Positions 40,128-51,333 are shown, counted from the first letter of the stretch. The stretch is DNA of 64,000 nt from an uncultured Bacilli bacterium (GCA_910584305.1 CAJTZW010000004.1:45967-109966); one strand, 5' to 3'. The notes: generated by a model not told the origin, from the sequence alone. Numbers and translations are program-made.

Positions 40128-40354
40128 TTAGTTACCTCCTAATGTAACAATATTGTATCATTAAAAAAAATGAAAAGCAATGTCATAATAAGGAATGTAA
40201 AACATACAATATAGTGTATTGGAAACAATACATTGGAAAACTGTAGGTCTATGGTTTTCCTTTTTACATATTTCGATAAAATTCTCATAATATCTATACT
40301 TCTGATCACATTTTTGGTATACTTAATATAAGTAGAGTAGAAGTAGGTGATAGG

Positions 40355-42163
40355 ATGAAAAGCAAATTTTTAGGATTCATAGTACTTTTAATTTTAATAA
40401 TGATTCCAAAAGACATTGATGCTTCGCAGATTAAGGGATATACAACGACTTCAGATGTTTTAATTTCTAGTTCCACAAATGTGATAAAACCAAATAATTC
40501 CTGTACCTATCGTGAAGTAAATGGTAATTATAGTAGTATATATGCTTCTCCTGGAAAACTACATTGTCTTGACGCAGGGGATGAGATAGTAATATTGAAT
40601 TTCGATAGTGTTGAAGCATCCACTATTTCTAGTTGTGTACAAGGTTATTACTATGTAAAATATACGAATCCTAAAGGAATATCCTATAATGGGTATGTAT
40701 GTGCAGATTATGTAAAGACCTCTATTGATACAAGTAAATATGAAAAAGAATTTCATGATGCAGGAATACCAGAAATATATTATGAGAAATTGACCTTATT
40801 GAAGGAAACACATCCCAATTGGATTTTTACAGGCTATAAAACAGGATTAAATTGGGAAGACGTTATAGCAAATGAAAGTATTGTTGGTATGAGTTATATA
40901 CAAAGTTCAAATCCACTGTATTTGTCACTTGACGAAGGGTCCTATAATATTAGTACGAATACATATAACATGATGGAAACTGGTGGATGGTATGCAGCTA
41001 ACAAAAAAACAGTGGCATATTATATGGATCCAAGAAATTTTATGGATGAAAAGCAAATCTTTATGTTTGAAAATTTGGGATATAATGCAACATATCAAAC
41101 AGAAGAAGCTGTCAATAGTGTTTTAGAAAATACAGATTTATTACAATACTCTAAAATCTTTATGGAAGCTTCTATTTATGATGGGAATAATGTAAGTCCA
41201 ATTATGCTTGCAGCTAGGGCAAGACAAGAAGTTGTTAAAGGAGATGGGAAATTATCTGCTTCAGCAAATGGTTCATTATTTAAAGAAAATGTAACATATA
41301 ATTTCTATAATATTGGGGCTACGACTGCATGCAAAATCGATGGCATAACTGTATATGAGCCTATCCAATGTGGGTTGCAATATGCTTTTGCTAAGGGGTG
41401 GTCAACACCTGAAATTGCTATTAAAAGTGGTGCTAAACAAATCGCCTCTGGATATATTAATGTAGGCCAGAATACCTTATATTTTCAAAAATGGAATGTT
41501 ACAAACAATTCTTATGGTAATTATTCTCACCAATACATGACAAATATTATGGCTCCTTCTAGTGAAGGAAAAACAACTGCAAACTCATATAGTAAAATTA
41601 GCGGTCTTTTGGATAGTTCGATTGAATTTATTATTCCAGTATATGAAAATATGCCAACTGATACTGCTGTTCTTCCAAATGTTATAGATCAAGCAGCGAT
41701 TGATAGTAAAAAAGAGGAACAGAAAATTATTGATATTTCAGAAGTAATTGGTAAGAGTGGCTATGCTATTCATGGAGATTTTCTAGTAAATGTTGCATTA
41801 GGGGAAACCGCAGTTAATACAATTTCTAAACTAAAAGCCACAAGTAGTGATATTGAAGTTAAAATTATAAGAAATGGATCAAGCATCTTTGCTAACGAAA
41901 TATTGGGTACAAATGATATAATCCAAATTAAAAGTGGTGAAATGGAGTCTACTTTTAGAGTAATTATTTATGGCGATGTTAATGGAGATGGTAGGATTTC
42001 TGCAGTAGATTATGTAAACATCAAAAATTATATTATGGGATCATCTGGTTTAAGTAGCGCATATAAAGAAGCTGCTGATGCAAACAAAGATGGTAAAATT
42101 ACAGCAGTAGATTATGTAAATGTTAAAAACTATATAATGGGAACAGAAAGTGTTTTACGTTAG
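40355..42163 (+). CDS. Secreted multidomain protein: SH3-like N-domain, glucosaminidase(GH73)-like domain, C-terminal type I dockerin repeat pair
   Basis: Signal peptide. Middle region resembles peptidoglycan glucosaminidases (NVTYNFYNIGATT...GWSTPEIAIKSGAKQIA). C-terminal GDVNGDGRISAVDYVNIKNYIMG and ADANKDGKITAVDYVNVKNYIMG are dockerin Ca-binding repeats. Confidence 0.7.
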   Translation: MKSKFLGFIVLLILIMIPKDIDASQIKGYTTTSDVLISSSTNVIKPNNSCTYREVNGNYSSIYASPGKLHCLDAGDEIVILNFDSVEASTISSCVQGYYYVKYTNPKGISYNGYVCADYVKTSIDTSKYEKEFHDAGIPEIYYEKLTLLKETHPNWIFTGYKTGLNWEDVIANESIVGMSYIQSSNPLYLSLDEGSYNISTNTYNMMETGGWYAANKKTVAYYMDPRNFMDEKQIFMFENLGYNATYQTEEAVNSVLENTDLLQYSKIFMEASIYDGNNVSPIMLAARARQEVVKGDGKLSASANGSLFKENVTYNFYNIGATTACKIDGITVYEPIQCGLQYAFAKGWSTPEIAIKSGAKQIASGYINVGQNTLYFQKWNVTNNSYGNYSHQYMTNIMAPSSEGKTTANSYSKISGLLDSSIEFIIPVYENMPTDTAVLPNVIDQAAIDSKKEEQKIIDISEVIGKSGYAIHGDFLVNVALGETAVNTISKLKATSSDIEVKIIRNGSSIFANEILGTNDIIQIKSGEMESTFRVIIYGDVNGDGRISAVDYVNIKNYIMGSSGLSSAYKEAADANKDGKITAVDYVNVKNYIMGTESVLR

Positions 42164-42178
42164 AATAAAGAGGTTATT

Positions 42179-43651
42179 ATGAAGAAAATATTAAGAAAAA
42201 TATTATTTGTAGCAGCTATTTTCATTTTTTCGGAGAATGTACAGGCTGCCTCATTAAGCATCACTACAAGTAATACATCTGTAACAATTGGGGGTTCAGT
42301 AGTGATTAGGGTAACTGCCTCAGAATTGGCGGGTCGATTTTCAATTACATCTTCCAATGGAGGAGTGTTATCTGGAGGGACTTCTAGCACATGGATAGAG
42401 GACAGTACACAGACCTTTACATTTAAGGCAAATAATGTAGGTACAAGTACTATCACAGTAACGCCAATTGATGTAGCTGACTATGCTGGAAATGTATATA
42501 CTGCTGCAAAATCAGTTACTGTAAATGTAATTGCAAAGCCAGTCGTTGTTTTATCAGGGGATAATTCACTTGCAAGTTTAGGTGTTGAGGGAAAAGACAT
42601 AACACCAACCTTTAATAGAGATGCTTTAGAATACAGTGTTGAACTTGATCCAGAAACAGTAAGCATCAATGTAGTAGCATCTCCATCTCATGGGGGTGCC
42701 ACGATTACAGGAGCAGGGGTTCGTGAAGTTGCTGATGGGGAAAACCGTTTAGAAATTGTTGTTACAGCAGAAAATGGTAGTACTAAAACGTATGTCATTA
42801 ATGCAAGTGTAAAAGAATATAATCCAATTAATCAAACAATTAATGGCAAAGAATATACTGTTGTAAGAAAGAAAAGTCTGCTTATAGCTCCTGAAAATTA
42901 TAAAGAATCTACAGTAACAATTGAAGGGGAAGAAGTACCAGCCTTCACTTCGGATGTTACAAAATATACGTTGGTAGGTCTTAAAAACGAATCGGGGAAT
43001 ATTGATTTATATGTATATCAAGATGGTACATACAATTTATACAAAGAATATACATTTAATAAAATTAAATTTTATCCTTTAGAATTCAATCAAAATGATA
43101 TTCCAGAAGGATATGAAAAAACAGATATTGTTTATAACGATCAAAAACTTGTAGTTTATAAAACAGACGAATTATCAAAATATGCTCTATTATATGGAAT
43201 GAATATTGAAACTGGGGAAATACATATGTATATGTATGATAGTGTGGAAGATACATTACAGATTTATAATGATGAGATAGTAAAACCATTACAAGAACAA
43301 ATAGAGCAGATGAAATTAATAATTGCTGGTTTAGCAGGTGGATGTGTTTTCTTATTCTTACTTTGTATAGTAATTGGTGTTAGAAAAAGTAAGAATAATA
43401 TGCAAAAGGGTAAAATGAAGGGAAATTCCTTCGTAGCAACAGATGACATTCAGGTAACAGAAGTTCAAAGTACAAAACTCTCAAAAAGAGAGGAGAGAAG
43501 ACTTATTAAAGCGGAACAACAACATCAATTAGAAGAAGCTAAAAAAAATAAGAAAGAGGACAAACAAAGAGCGAAAGAAGAGGCAAAACGTTTAAAAGAA
43601 GAAAAGAAACAAAAGAAGAAATCTAAAGATAATGAAGACAACATTTTTTAA
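42179..43651 (+). CDS. Type I membrane surface protein with Ig-like/cadherin-like beta-sandwich domains and Lys/Glu-rich cytoplasmic tail
   Basis: Signal peptide ending VQA. beta-rich repeats. Cadherin-like beta-sandwich-like segment (LASLGVEGKDITPTFNRDALEYSVEL...). TM IIAGLAGGCVFLFLLCIVIGV. KE-rich tail. Confidence 0.6.
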   Translation: MKKILRKILFVAAIFIFSENVQAASLSITTSNTSVTIGGSVVIRVTASELAGRFSITSSNGGVLSGGTSSTWIEDSTQTFTFKANNVGTSTITVTPIDVADYAGNVYTAAKSVTVNVIAKPVVVLSGDNSLASLGVEGKDITPTFNRDALEYSVELDPETVSINVVASPSHGGATITGAGVREVADGENRLEIVVTAENGSTKTYVINASVKEYNPINQTINGKEYTVVRKKSLLIAPENYKESTVTIEGEEVPAFTSDVTKYTLVGLKNESGNIDLYVYQDGTYNLYKEYTFNKIKFYPLEFNQNDIPEGYEKTDIVYNDQKLVVYKTDELSKYALLYGMNIETGEIHMYMYDSVEDTLQIYNDEIVKPLQEQIEQMKLIIAGLAGGCVFLFLLCIVIGVRKSKNNMQKGKMKGNSFVATDDIQVTEVQSTKLSKREERRLIKAEQQHQLEEAKKNKKEDKQRAKEEAKRLKEEKKQKKKSKDNEDNIF

Positions 43652-43670
43652 TTTAAATAGCGAATCAAAA

Positions 43671-43697
43671 AAAGGAAAGTCATATTGGCTTTCCTTT
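43671..43697. terminator. Bidirectional terminator between convergent genes
   Basis: aaaggaaag-tcatattgg-ctttccttt 9-bp stem. A7 on the left, tcgtt on the right. Confidence 0.55.
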
Positions 43698-43707
43698 TCG
43701 TTAGTAT

Positions 43708-44157
43708 TTACAAATGTAAAAACATCCACAGAATGCAAAGTAAAGAAGTTATAACAAAAGAGATCTGTTTTTCCTCCTTCTTTTTTATAGTAGCACTTAA
43801 TATCCATGAAATCATAATGGTTGAAAATAAAATTGCATTAAATATATAAATCTGTTTTCGGATTATAGAGTACAATAGATAACAGATTGTGAAAAAAGAG
43901 GTAGTAACAATTGATATTTTATAGAGTAAAGTTATAGAAAATTTGGCCGAGATATTCTTTTTTTCATAAAGTCTTGCTTCTCTAGACATTTTTTGCTTAC
44001 GAGCGAATTCCCTATCTTCCTGTTTCTCTAATTTTCGTTGTTCCTTTTTTTTCCTTCTCTCTTCTTCCTTTTTAAATTTTTCAATTTTTTTCTGTTCTTG
44101 ATATTCTAATTTTGTAAGTTCATCATTATATACATTAGTCATATCTTTCTCATCCAT
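43708..44157 (-). CDS. Hypothetical membrane protein with charged N-terminal region
   Basis: Good RBS (reverse complement aggtga) upstream of the minus-strand ATG. KE-rich N-terminus followed by 3 TM helices. Confidence 0.5.
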   Translation of the reverse strand: MDEKDMTNVYNDELTKLEYQEQKKIEKFKKEEERRKKKEQRKLEKQEDREFARKQKMSREARLYEKKNISAKFSITLLYKISIVTTSFFTICYLLYSIIRKQIYIFNAILFSTIMISWILSATIKKKEEKQISFVITSLLCILWMFLHL

Positions 44158-44211
44158 AGAATCACCTGTATATATTATATAATAAATTATCGTAAAAATA
44201 AATATAGCATA

Positions 44212-44240
44212 TTGTTATTATAGATAAATTCCTATATAAT
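44212..44240 (+). promoter_or_regulatory. Sigma-A-like promoter for DUF2207 gene
   Basis: TTGTTA (44212-44217) - 17 nt - TATAAT (44235-44240). Confidence 0.5.
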
Positions 44241-44268
44241 GAAATCATAGAGAGTGTAGGAGATTTAT

Positions 44269-45975
44269 ATGAAGAAAATATGTTGGATTATGATTGCTTG
44301 CATTTGTTTTTTTGTTGGAAATGAAGTAAAAGCAAATAGTATTAGTAGCATTACAATGGACATTTATATCGATCAGATGGGAACTGCTCATGTAAAAGAA
44401 ACTTGGGAAAGTTATTTAAATGAGGGAACAGAGGGATATAAGCCTTACTATAATTTAGGAAGCTCTGTAATTAGTAATTTTAAAGTATATGATAATGGAA
44501 ACTTATATACCATGTTATCTTCTTGGAATCCAAGTGCTAGTTTTGGAGAAAAAGCATATAAAAATGGAATCAATTATATCAGTAATGGTGTAGAACTTTG
44601 TTTTGGAATCTCTGAATATGGATCACACACATACGTTTTAGAATATGATATTAGTAATTTTGTAGCAGGGCTTATGGATGCTGATATGGTCTATTGGACA
44701 CTTATGCCATATGATTTTTCAGTAGAGCCAAATAACGTTTACATTAAGATATATGCAGACGAGAAATTTGAAGATACACTAGATGTTTGGGGATATGGTA
44801 ATTATGGAGGATATGCCTATGTCTATGATGGTTATATAGAAATGAACTCAAACGGAATCTTAGATAGTAATGAATATATGACGATTTTAATCAAATTTCC
44901 AAAAGGAACCTTCAATACAGATAATAATAAACTAAACTATGATTTTAACCATTATTTAGATATGGCAGAAGAAGGTGCAGAACATTATACTGATAATGAA
45001 GAAGAATCTCCTTTGGTAGTACTTTTCATTATAGGAATCGTGCTTTTTGCAATGATTAGCGCTATGACCGTTGGAGTATGGATAGGGCTGAAACATATGA
45101 GTGAGGGAGGTGCAGGATCACTTAAATTAAAGTTTGGTGAAACAGGTAAGAAAATCCCAAAAGATGTCCCACTATATAGAGATATTCCATGTAATAAAGA
45201 TATTTTTAGGGCGTATTGGGTAGCTGTAAATTATGGTCTTATGAAAAGAAAGACAGATTTGCTAGGAGCTATTTTACTCAAATGGTTAAGAGAAGGGAAA
45301 ATAAGAACTGAAAAAATAGAAAGTGGTATATTAAAGAAAGAACAAAATATTATTATTTTTGATCAAGATTTTTTCTCCTCTAATACACTCGAAAATGATT
45401 TGTATCAAATGATGTTTGAGGCAAGTAAAGATGGTAAACTAGAACAAAATGAATTTAAAAAATGGTGTAACACACATTATAATCAGATATTAAAATGGTT
45501 TGATAAAGTAGCAGATAAAGAAACAGAAAAACTTGTAGAAGAAGGAAAAATTGATGAAGCAGAGCAAATTACTTTCAAATTTTTTAAATCGAAAGTTTAT
45601 AATGTACATTCTAGTATGTTAGAAGAAGCAAAGAAGATGAAAGGCTTGAAGAACTTTTTAGAAGAATTCTCGCAAATCGATAAAAGAGAAGCCATTGAAG
45701 TTATGATGTGGGAAGAATATTTAATGTATGCCCAAATCTTTGGAATTGCTGATAAAGTTGCAAAACAATTTAAAAAATTATATCCAGATGTTATTACCGA
45801 TTACTCTTATGATAGTGTTATATTCGTGCACACAATTTCCTATACTGGGATGCAAAGTGCAACATCTGCCAAGAGTAGAGCAGAAAGTTATAGTTCTGGT
45901 GGAGGAGGGTTCTCATCTGGCGGAGGTGGAGGTGGATCCTTTGGTGGTGGAGGAGGAGGCGGAGGCTTCCGATAA
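44269..45975 (+). CDS. DUF2207-family membrane protein with glycine-rich C-terminal tail
   Basis: Signal peptide. Large extracytoplasmic domain. Central TM pair. Cytoplasmic domain. Terminal GGGGFSSGGGGGGSFGGGGGGGGF tail characteristic of DUF2207/COG4907. Confidence 0.65.
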   Translation: MKKICWIMIACICFFVGNEVKANSISSITMDIYIDQMGTAHVKETWESYLNEGTEGYKPYYNLGSSVISNFKVYDNGNLYTMLSSWNPSASFGEKAYKNGINYISNGVELCFGISEYGSHTYVLEYDISNFVAGLMDADMVYWTLMPYDFSVEPNNVYIKIYADEKFEDTLDVWGYGNYGGYAYVYDGYIEMNSNGILDSNEYMTILIKFPKGTFNTDNNKLNYDFNHYLDMAEEGAEHYTDNEEESPLVVLFIIGIVLFAMISAMTVGVWIGLKHMSEGGAGSLKLKFGETGKKIPKDVPLYRDIPCNKDIFRAYWVAVNYGLMKRKTDLLGAILLKWLREGKIRTEKIESGILKKEQNIIIFDQDFFSSNTLENDLYQMMFEASKDGKLEQNEFKKWCNTHYNQILKWFDKVADKETEKLVEEGKIDEAEQITFKFFKSKVYNVHSSMLEEAKKMKGLKNFLEEFSQIDKREAIEVMMWEEYLMYAQIFGIADKVAKQFKKLYPDVITDYSYDSVIFVHTISYTGMQSATSAKSRAESYSSGGGGFSSGGGGGGSFGGGGGGGGFR

Positions 45976-46061
45976 GAAGCATTTGCCTTTTCTAGCACCA
46001 TTATAGCTTCTAAAAAATATTAAAAAACATATAAATATGGTATAATGGGTAAGGTGATAAA

Positions 46062-47144
46062 ATGAGAGTAGTTATCAGTGCTGGAGGTACAGGTGGACAT
46101 ATTTATCCTGCCTTGGCAATTATAGATAAGATTAAAGAGCGTGAACCAGATAGTGAATTTCTATATATCGGAACACATAACCGTATGGAAAATACAATTG
46201 TTCCAGCACATGGAATTCCATTTGAAGCAATTGAAATCTATGGATTCCATAGAAAAAAATTATATAAGAATTTTAAAACCATTCAATATTTTATGCGTGC
46301 TATTAAAAGGTGTAAGAAATTGATTAAAGATTTTGAGCCTGATGTAGTAATTGGAGTAGGAGGATATGTGACAGGGCCTGTTATTTATAGTGCAAAAAAA
46401 TTAGGGTATAAAACACTAATTCATGAACAGAATAGTATTCCTGGGAAGGCCAACATGTTTTTATCCAAATATGCAGATCGAATTGGAGTGTCATTTAAAT
46501 CAACCATAAAATCATTTCCCGAATATAAGACAGTTTTTACAGGGAATCCTTGTAGTGAAGGTGCTATCAAAATTTCACCTGCTAATAAAACTGAGTTTGG
46601 TCTAAGTAGTAATAAGCCACTAGTATTATTTGTAATGGGTTCGCTTGGATCTAGTCGAGTGAATGAATTTTTAATGAAGACAATGTCTTCATTTCGCGGA
46701 AAAGACTATGAAATTTTATACGTAACAGGAACTACTGACTACGAGAAATTAAAGGAACATAAACTTCCTTCCAATGTGAAAATGGTACCTTATATTGAAA
46801 ATATGACAAGAATTATGAAAAAGACAGATATCATTGTGTCAAGGGCAGGGGCTTCTACATTAAGTGAAATTATTGCCTTACAAATTCCATCAATTTTAAT
46901 ACCAAGCCCTTATGTTCCAGATAATCATCAATATAAAAATGCAATGGATATGGTAAATAAAAAAGCCGCTACTATAGTAGAAGAAAAAAACTTAAAAGGG
47001 GATGTACTTGTTCAAACTATTGACAAACTGTTAGCAAACAAACAAGAGCTAGAAAGTATGAAGAGAAATTTAAAAGAACTTTTTATACCAGAAAGCGCAA
47101 CGAAAATATATGAAACAATAAGTGAATTAATAGATAGGAAGTAA
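46062..47144 (+). CDS. murG: Undecaprenyl-PP-MurNAc-pentapeptide UDP-GlcNAc transferase
   Basis: MRVVISAGGTGGHIYPALAI N-terminal signature. GT28 C-terminal domain. Upstream TGGTATAAT extended -10 at ~46033-46041. Confidence 0.9.
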   Translation: MRVVISAGGTGGHIYPALAIIDKIKEREPDSEFLYIGTHNRMENTIVPAHGIPFEAIEIYGFHRKKLYKNFKTIQYFMRAIKRCKKLIKDFEPDVVIGVGGYVTGPVIYSAKKLGYKTLIHEQNSIPGKANMFLSKYADRIGVSFKSTIKSFPEYKTVFTGNPCSEGAIKISPANKTEFGLSSNKPLVLFVMGSLGSSRVNEFLMKTMSSFRGKDYEILYVTGTTDYEKLKEHKLPSNVKMVPYIENMTRIMKKTDIIVSRAGASTLSEIIALQIPSILIPSPYVPDNHQYKNAMDMVNKKAATIVEEKNLKGDVLVQTIDKLLANKQELESMKRNLKELFIPESATKIYETISELIDRK

Positions 47145-47147
47145 AAT

Positions 47148-48044
47148 ATGAGTATAGTAAGTGATTTAAAAAAAGCAAAATGTGGAAAAGTTTTACAAAA
47201 TGTCGATTTATCCCTTTATACTACATACAAATTAAAGGCTGTTGCTTTGTATGTAGTGGTACCAGGTGATATTGATGACTTACTCCGCGTCATGAATTAT
47301 ATAAAAGCAAACAATATCAAATATAAAATTTTAGGCGGTGGATCCAATTTAATTTTTGACTGTGATGTCTATGATGGAATTTTGATATATCTTAGTAAAT
47401 TCGATGATGTAGTAATTCATGACACCAAAATACATGTTGGAGCAGGCTATCCACTCATGAAACTTGCACTTAAAGTTTCTAGATTAGGACTTACTGGTAT
47501 GGAATTTGCAACAGGCATCCCAGGGACTATTGGAGGTGCTGTATTTAATAATGCAGGTGCCTACGGAAGTGACATGGGATATATTGTAGAAAGCGTCACT
47601 GTACTTACCCCAGACTTAAAAATCAAAACAATGTATAACAAAGATATGGATTTTCATTATAGAACTTCTTATTTCAAAACACACCCTGGATATATATGCC
47701 TAGATGCAAAAATTATATTGAAACCAGGGGATAAGGAAATGATTCGCATGGTCATTGAAGACCGTAAAAAAAGAAGATTGATGACACAACCACTTGAATA
47801 TCCATCAGCGGGTTCTGTATTTCGAAATCCAAACAATTTATATGCAGGGGAGTTAATTGAGAAGATTGGCTACAAAGGAAAGACCGTTGGTGGAGCAATG
47901 GTGAGTGAAAAACATGCCAATTTTATTATCAATTATGCAAGTGCAACAGGAAGAGATATTATCAAATTAATCGAGGATATTCAAGAGAAAGTAAAAGAAA
48001 AATACGATGTAGATTTATTTTTAGAACAAGAAATTGTAAAATAG
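47148..48044 (+). CDS. murB: UDP-N-acetylenolpyruvoylglucosamine reductase
   Basis: FAD-binding GGGSNL motif. MurB C-terminal domain. 298 aa. Confidence 0.9.
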   Translation: MSIVSDLKKAKCGKVLQNVDLSLYTTYKLKAVALYVVVPGDIDDLLRVMNYIKANNIKYKILGGGSNLIFDCDVYDGILIYLSKFDDVVIHDTKIHVGAGYPLMKLALKVSRLGLTGMEFATGIPGTIGGAVFNNAGAYGSDMGYIVESVTVLTPDLKIKTMYNKDMDFHYRTSYFKTHPGYICLDAKIILKPGDKEMIRMVIEDRKKRRLMTQPLEYPSAGSVFRNPNNLYAGELIEKIGYKGKTVGGAMVSEKHANFIINYASATGRDIIKLIEDIQEKVKEKYDVDLFLEQEIVK

Positions 48045-48053
48045 AGGGATAAT

Positions 48054-48830
48054 ATGAATACAAAGAATAGAAAGCCACAAGTTAAGAAAAAGGTTGTAAC
48101 AAGAGGAAGACAAGCACCGCAGAAAAAAACAACCTTGCAATATAAAAAAACAATTCAAAAAAATCAAAAAAAACAAACGAGAAAAATACGATATGGAAGA
48201 ATTTTATTATATATTATTTTACCAGTTATGGCAATTATACTACTTCTATCATGTATTCATTTTCCGATTCGAAATATTTATATTACAGGAAATACAATCC
48301 TATCTGATCAAGAAATCATTGAGTTAGCAGGTATTGAAGACTATCCCTCTATTTTTGAATATACAGGTTCAGAAATTTCGAAAAAGTTAAAACAAAATAA
48401 ATATATTGAATCAGTAAAAGTAAAAAAACGAAAATTAAAAGAAATCTATATAGAAATAAAAGAAAATATACCAATTATATATAATACATATGAAAATAAA
48501 ACCATTTTTAGTGATGGAAAATCTTATGAGGGGGTTGACTCCTCAATAACCCTACTGAATTATACTCCAGAATCCCATTTGCAAGCTTTAACAAAAGGAC
48601 TTATTGAAATGAATACAGATATAAGGAGTCGCATTTCAGAGATACAATATGTTCCGAATGATGTAGATGAAGAGAGATTCTTACTTAGTATGAATGATGG
48701 TAATTATGTATATATTACATTAGGAAAGATAACTATTTTGAATACATATATTGATATTATTAAAAATTTTGATGAAAAAAAAGGAATCCTATATTTAGAT
48801 TCTGGTGGATATTTTGAAATTAAGGAATAA
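48054..48830 (+). CDS. divIB: Cell division protein DivIB/FtsQ
   Basis: Basic N-terminus. Single TM. POTRA-like region (IRNIYITGNTILSDQEI). Position between murB and ftsA. Confidence 0.7.
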   Translation: MNTKNRKPQVKKKVVTRGRQAPQKKTTLQYKKTIQKNQKKQTRKIRYGRILLYIILPVMAIILLLSCIHFPIRNIYITGNTILSDQEIIELAGIEDYPSIFEYTGSEISKKLKQNKYIESVKVKKRKLKEIYIEIKENIPIIYNTYENKTIFSDGKSYEGVDSSITLLNYTPESHLQALTKGLIEMNTDIRSRISEIQYVPNDVDEERFLLSMNDGNYVYITLGKITILNTYIDIIKNFDEKKGILYLDSGGYFEIKE

Positions 48831-48982
48831 AAGGAATTCTAATAAAGATTGCTGATAGTGAATAAGAGAAAAGGTATTATTTAAGATATAAATTAGTTCT
48901 TTTTAGAACTTTTTTTCATTTTCACTTTAAATTTTATAAAAACTATAGTATAATGATTGATAGATTATAGGGGATGATATGA

Positions 48983-50242
48983 ATGAAGCACATCTATACG
49001 AGTGTTGATATCGGTTCTGATACCATAAAAATCGTAGTTTGCGAGTTGTTCAATAATAAGTTAAATCTATTAGCTGCATCTTCTGTTAAATCGAAAGGAA
49101 TAAAAAAGGGACTAATTACAGATGTATATGAAGCATCTGAATCTGTAAAGGCAGGCCTTGCTGAATTAGAAGAAATGCTAGGTATTAAGATTACCAAAGT
49201 AATTGCTTCTGTTCCTGGATATAATACAGAATATACAATGATTAAAGGACAAATCTCTTTATCAGAAGAAACTGAAGGAGAGGCAGAAGGTATTACTGGA
49301 CACGAAATTGTAAAAGTATTACAGTCAGCCATGGGTGAAAAAACGATACCAAATAAAGAAATGGTTACAACAATTCCAATTGATTTTACCGTAGATGATA
49401 AAACGGGAATTAAGGATCCAAAAGGAATGAGTGGTCAAACCTTATCTACAAGAGCTATTATGATATCAACTGCAAAGAAAAATATTTACTCTGTAGTTAG
49501 TTTGTTAGAGAATCTTGGGTTAGATGTAGTCGATATTTCTTTAAATAGTATTGGAGATATTTATTCTTTAAAAACAAGAGAAATTGATCAAAAGGTAGGG
49601 GCAATTGTCAATGTAGGTCATGAAACGACAACAGTTTCCCTATACAATAAAGGAATTATTGTAAAAAGTTCAATTATCGGAATGGGTGGAAAAAATATCG
49701 AAAATGATATTGCATACATCTATAAATTAAAACCAGCTGATGCGCGTATGATTAAAGAGAAATTTGCTTTAGCGCATAAGAGCTATGCGAGCAAAGGTGA
49801 TACATATGAAATCGAGGATAAAACTGGAGAAATCGTAAGAATCAACCAGTTTGAAGTATCAGAGATTGTTATGTCAAGAATAGAAGAAATATTAGTTTTA
49901 GCGAGAAAAGAGATAAATATTTTGACAAAACGGGAAGTTGATTATATACTAATAAGTGGTGGAACCAGTAGTATGAATAATTTTTCTCTTATTGCAGAAG
50001 AAGTTTTAGGAAAAGTAGCTAAAGTAGGAAATATTCGAATTATAGGAGTACGAAATAATAAATATTCATCTTCTTTAGGAAATATAGTATATTTTATCCA
50101 AAAGTTACGTTTAAAAGGTCAAAACTACAGTATGGTAAGTAAAAGTGATATGGAAGAACTATCATCCACAAAAAAGAGTTTAATAAATATATCAAATGAA
50201 TCAATGCTAGGGAAAGTATTTGGATATTTTTTTAGCGAATAA
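48983..50242 (+). CDS. ftsA: Cell division protein FtsA
   Basis: Actin-like ATPase. N-terminus [14 protein letters not shown]. 419 aa. Precedes ftsZ. Confidence 0.9.
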   Translation: MKHIYTSVDIGSDTIKIVVCELFNNKLNLLAASSVKSKGIKKGLITDVYEASESVKAGLAELEEMLGIKITKVIASVPGYNTEYTMIKGQISLSEETEGEAEGITGHEIVKVLQSAMGEKTIPNKEMVTTIPIDFTVDDKTGIKDPKGMSGQTLSTRAIMISTAKKNIYSVVSLLENLGLDVVDISLNSIGDIYSLKTREIDQKVGAIVNVGHETTTVSLYNKGIIVKSSIIGMGGKNIENDIAYIYKLKPADARMIKEKFALAHKSYASKGDTYEIEDKTGEIVRINQFEVSEIVMSRIEEILVLARKEINILTKREVDYILISGGTSSMNNFSLIAEEVLGKVAKVGNIRIIGVRNNKYSSSLGNIVYFIQKLRLKGQNYSMVSKSDMEELSSTKKSLINISNESMLGKVFGYFFSE

Positions 50243-50253
50243 GGAGGACACAT

Positions 50254-51333
50254 ATGAATTTTGGATTAGAAATGGATCAATTAGCAAAAATTAAAGTAAT
50301 TGGATCTGGTGGAGGCGGATGTAACGCTGTAAATCGTATGATAGAATCAGGGGTAAAAGGAGTAGAGTTTATTGTTGCTAATACAGATTTGCAAGTATTA
50401 AATAATTCAAAAGCACCAACAAAGATTCAAATCGGAACAGAGTTAACAAATGGTCTTGGGGCAGGAGCAAATCCTGCAGTTGGAAAAGAAGCTGCTTTAG
50501 AATCAAGAAATGAAATTGAAGCTGCACTTGAAGGAGCAGATATGGTGTTTGTAACTTGTGGAATGGGTGGAGGAACTGGTACTGGAGCCTCTCCTGTTAT
50601 TGCAGACATTGCACAAGAAATGGGGGCACTTACTGTTGGAATTGTAACAAAACCTTTCTCATTTGAAGGTAAGAAGAGAATGGAACAAGCCATTGCAGGT
50701 ATAGAAGAATTAAAAAAACATGTAGATACTTTGATTGTTATTCCAAATGACAAATTAAGAGATATTATTGATAAGTCAACTCCTCTTTTAGAATCATTTA
50801 AAGAAGTTGATAATGTACTTCGTCGCGGTGTACAATCCATTTCTGATTTAATTGCTGTAGCAGGATTAATTAACCTAGATTTTGCTGATGTTAAAACGGT
50901 AATGGAAAAACGTGGAAAAGCATTAATTGGTATTGGTATGGGACTTGGCGAAAATAGAGCATCAGAAGCTGCAAAACAAGCAGTTGCCAGTCCATTATTA
51001 GAGGCAAGTATTGATGGTGCAACCGATGCGATTGTCAATGTCACAGGTGGAGAAAATTTAACTTTATTTGAAGTAGAAGAAGCAGCAGAAGTAATTCGTG
51101 CTTCTGCCAATACAGATATTAATATTATCTTTGGAGCAGTTATCAATGAAAATTTGACAGATGAGTTAATTGTTACAGTAATTGCAACTGGATTCGATGA
51201 TGCCACTCAAGATACCTCTTCCTCATACCATTCTTATTCTAGAAGGGAAGAGATAAAATCCGAAGAATTCATAGAAGAAGATGATTCAGATGACACAGAT
51301 ATCCCTGCCTTCTTAAGAAAAAGAGTTTTTTAA
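50254..51333 (+). CDS. ftsZ: Cell division GTPase FtsZ
   Basis: [13 protein letters not shown] tubulin signature. RBS aaggagg. 359 aa. Confidence 0.95.
   Translation: MNFGLEMDQLAKIKVIGSGGGGCNAVNRMIESGVKGVEFIVANTDLQVLNNSKAPTKIQIGTELTNGLGAGANPAVGKEAALESRNEIEAALEGADMVFVTCGMGGGTGTGASPVIADIAQEMGALTVGIVTKPFSFEGKKRMEQAIAGIEELKKHVDTLIVIPNDKLRDIIDKSTPLLESFKEVDNVLRRGVQSISDLIAVAGLINLDFADVKTVMEKRGKALIGIGMGLGENRASEAAKQAVASPLLEASIDGATDAIVNVTGGENLTLFEVEEAAEVIRASANTDINIIFGAVINENLTDELIVTVIATGFDDATQDTSSSYHSYSRREEIKSEEFIEEDDSDDTDIPAFLRKRVF

Noticed and set aside
50427-51206. 259-aa minus-strand ORF antisense to ftsZ
   Set aside because: Ala/Ser-rich antisense artefact of the GC-richer ftsZ core. ftsZ identity is unambiguous.
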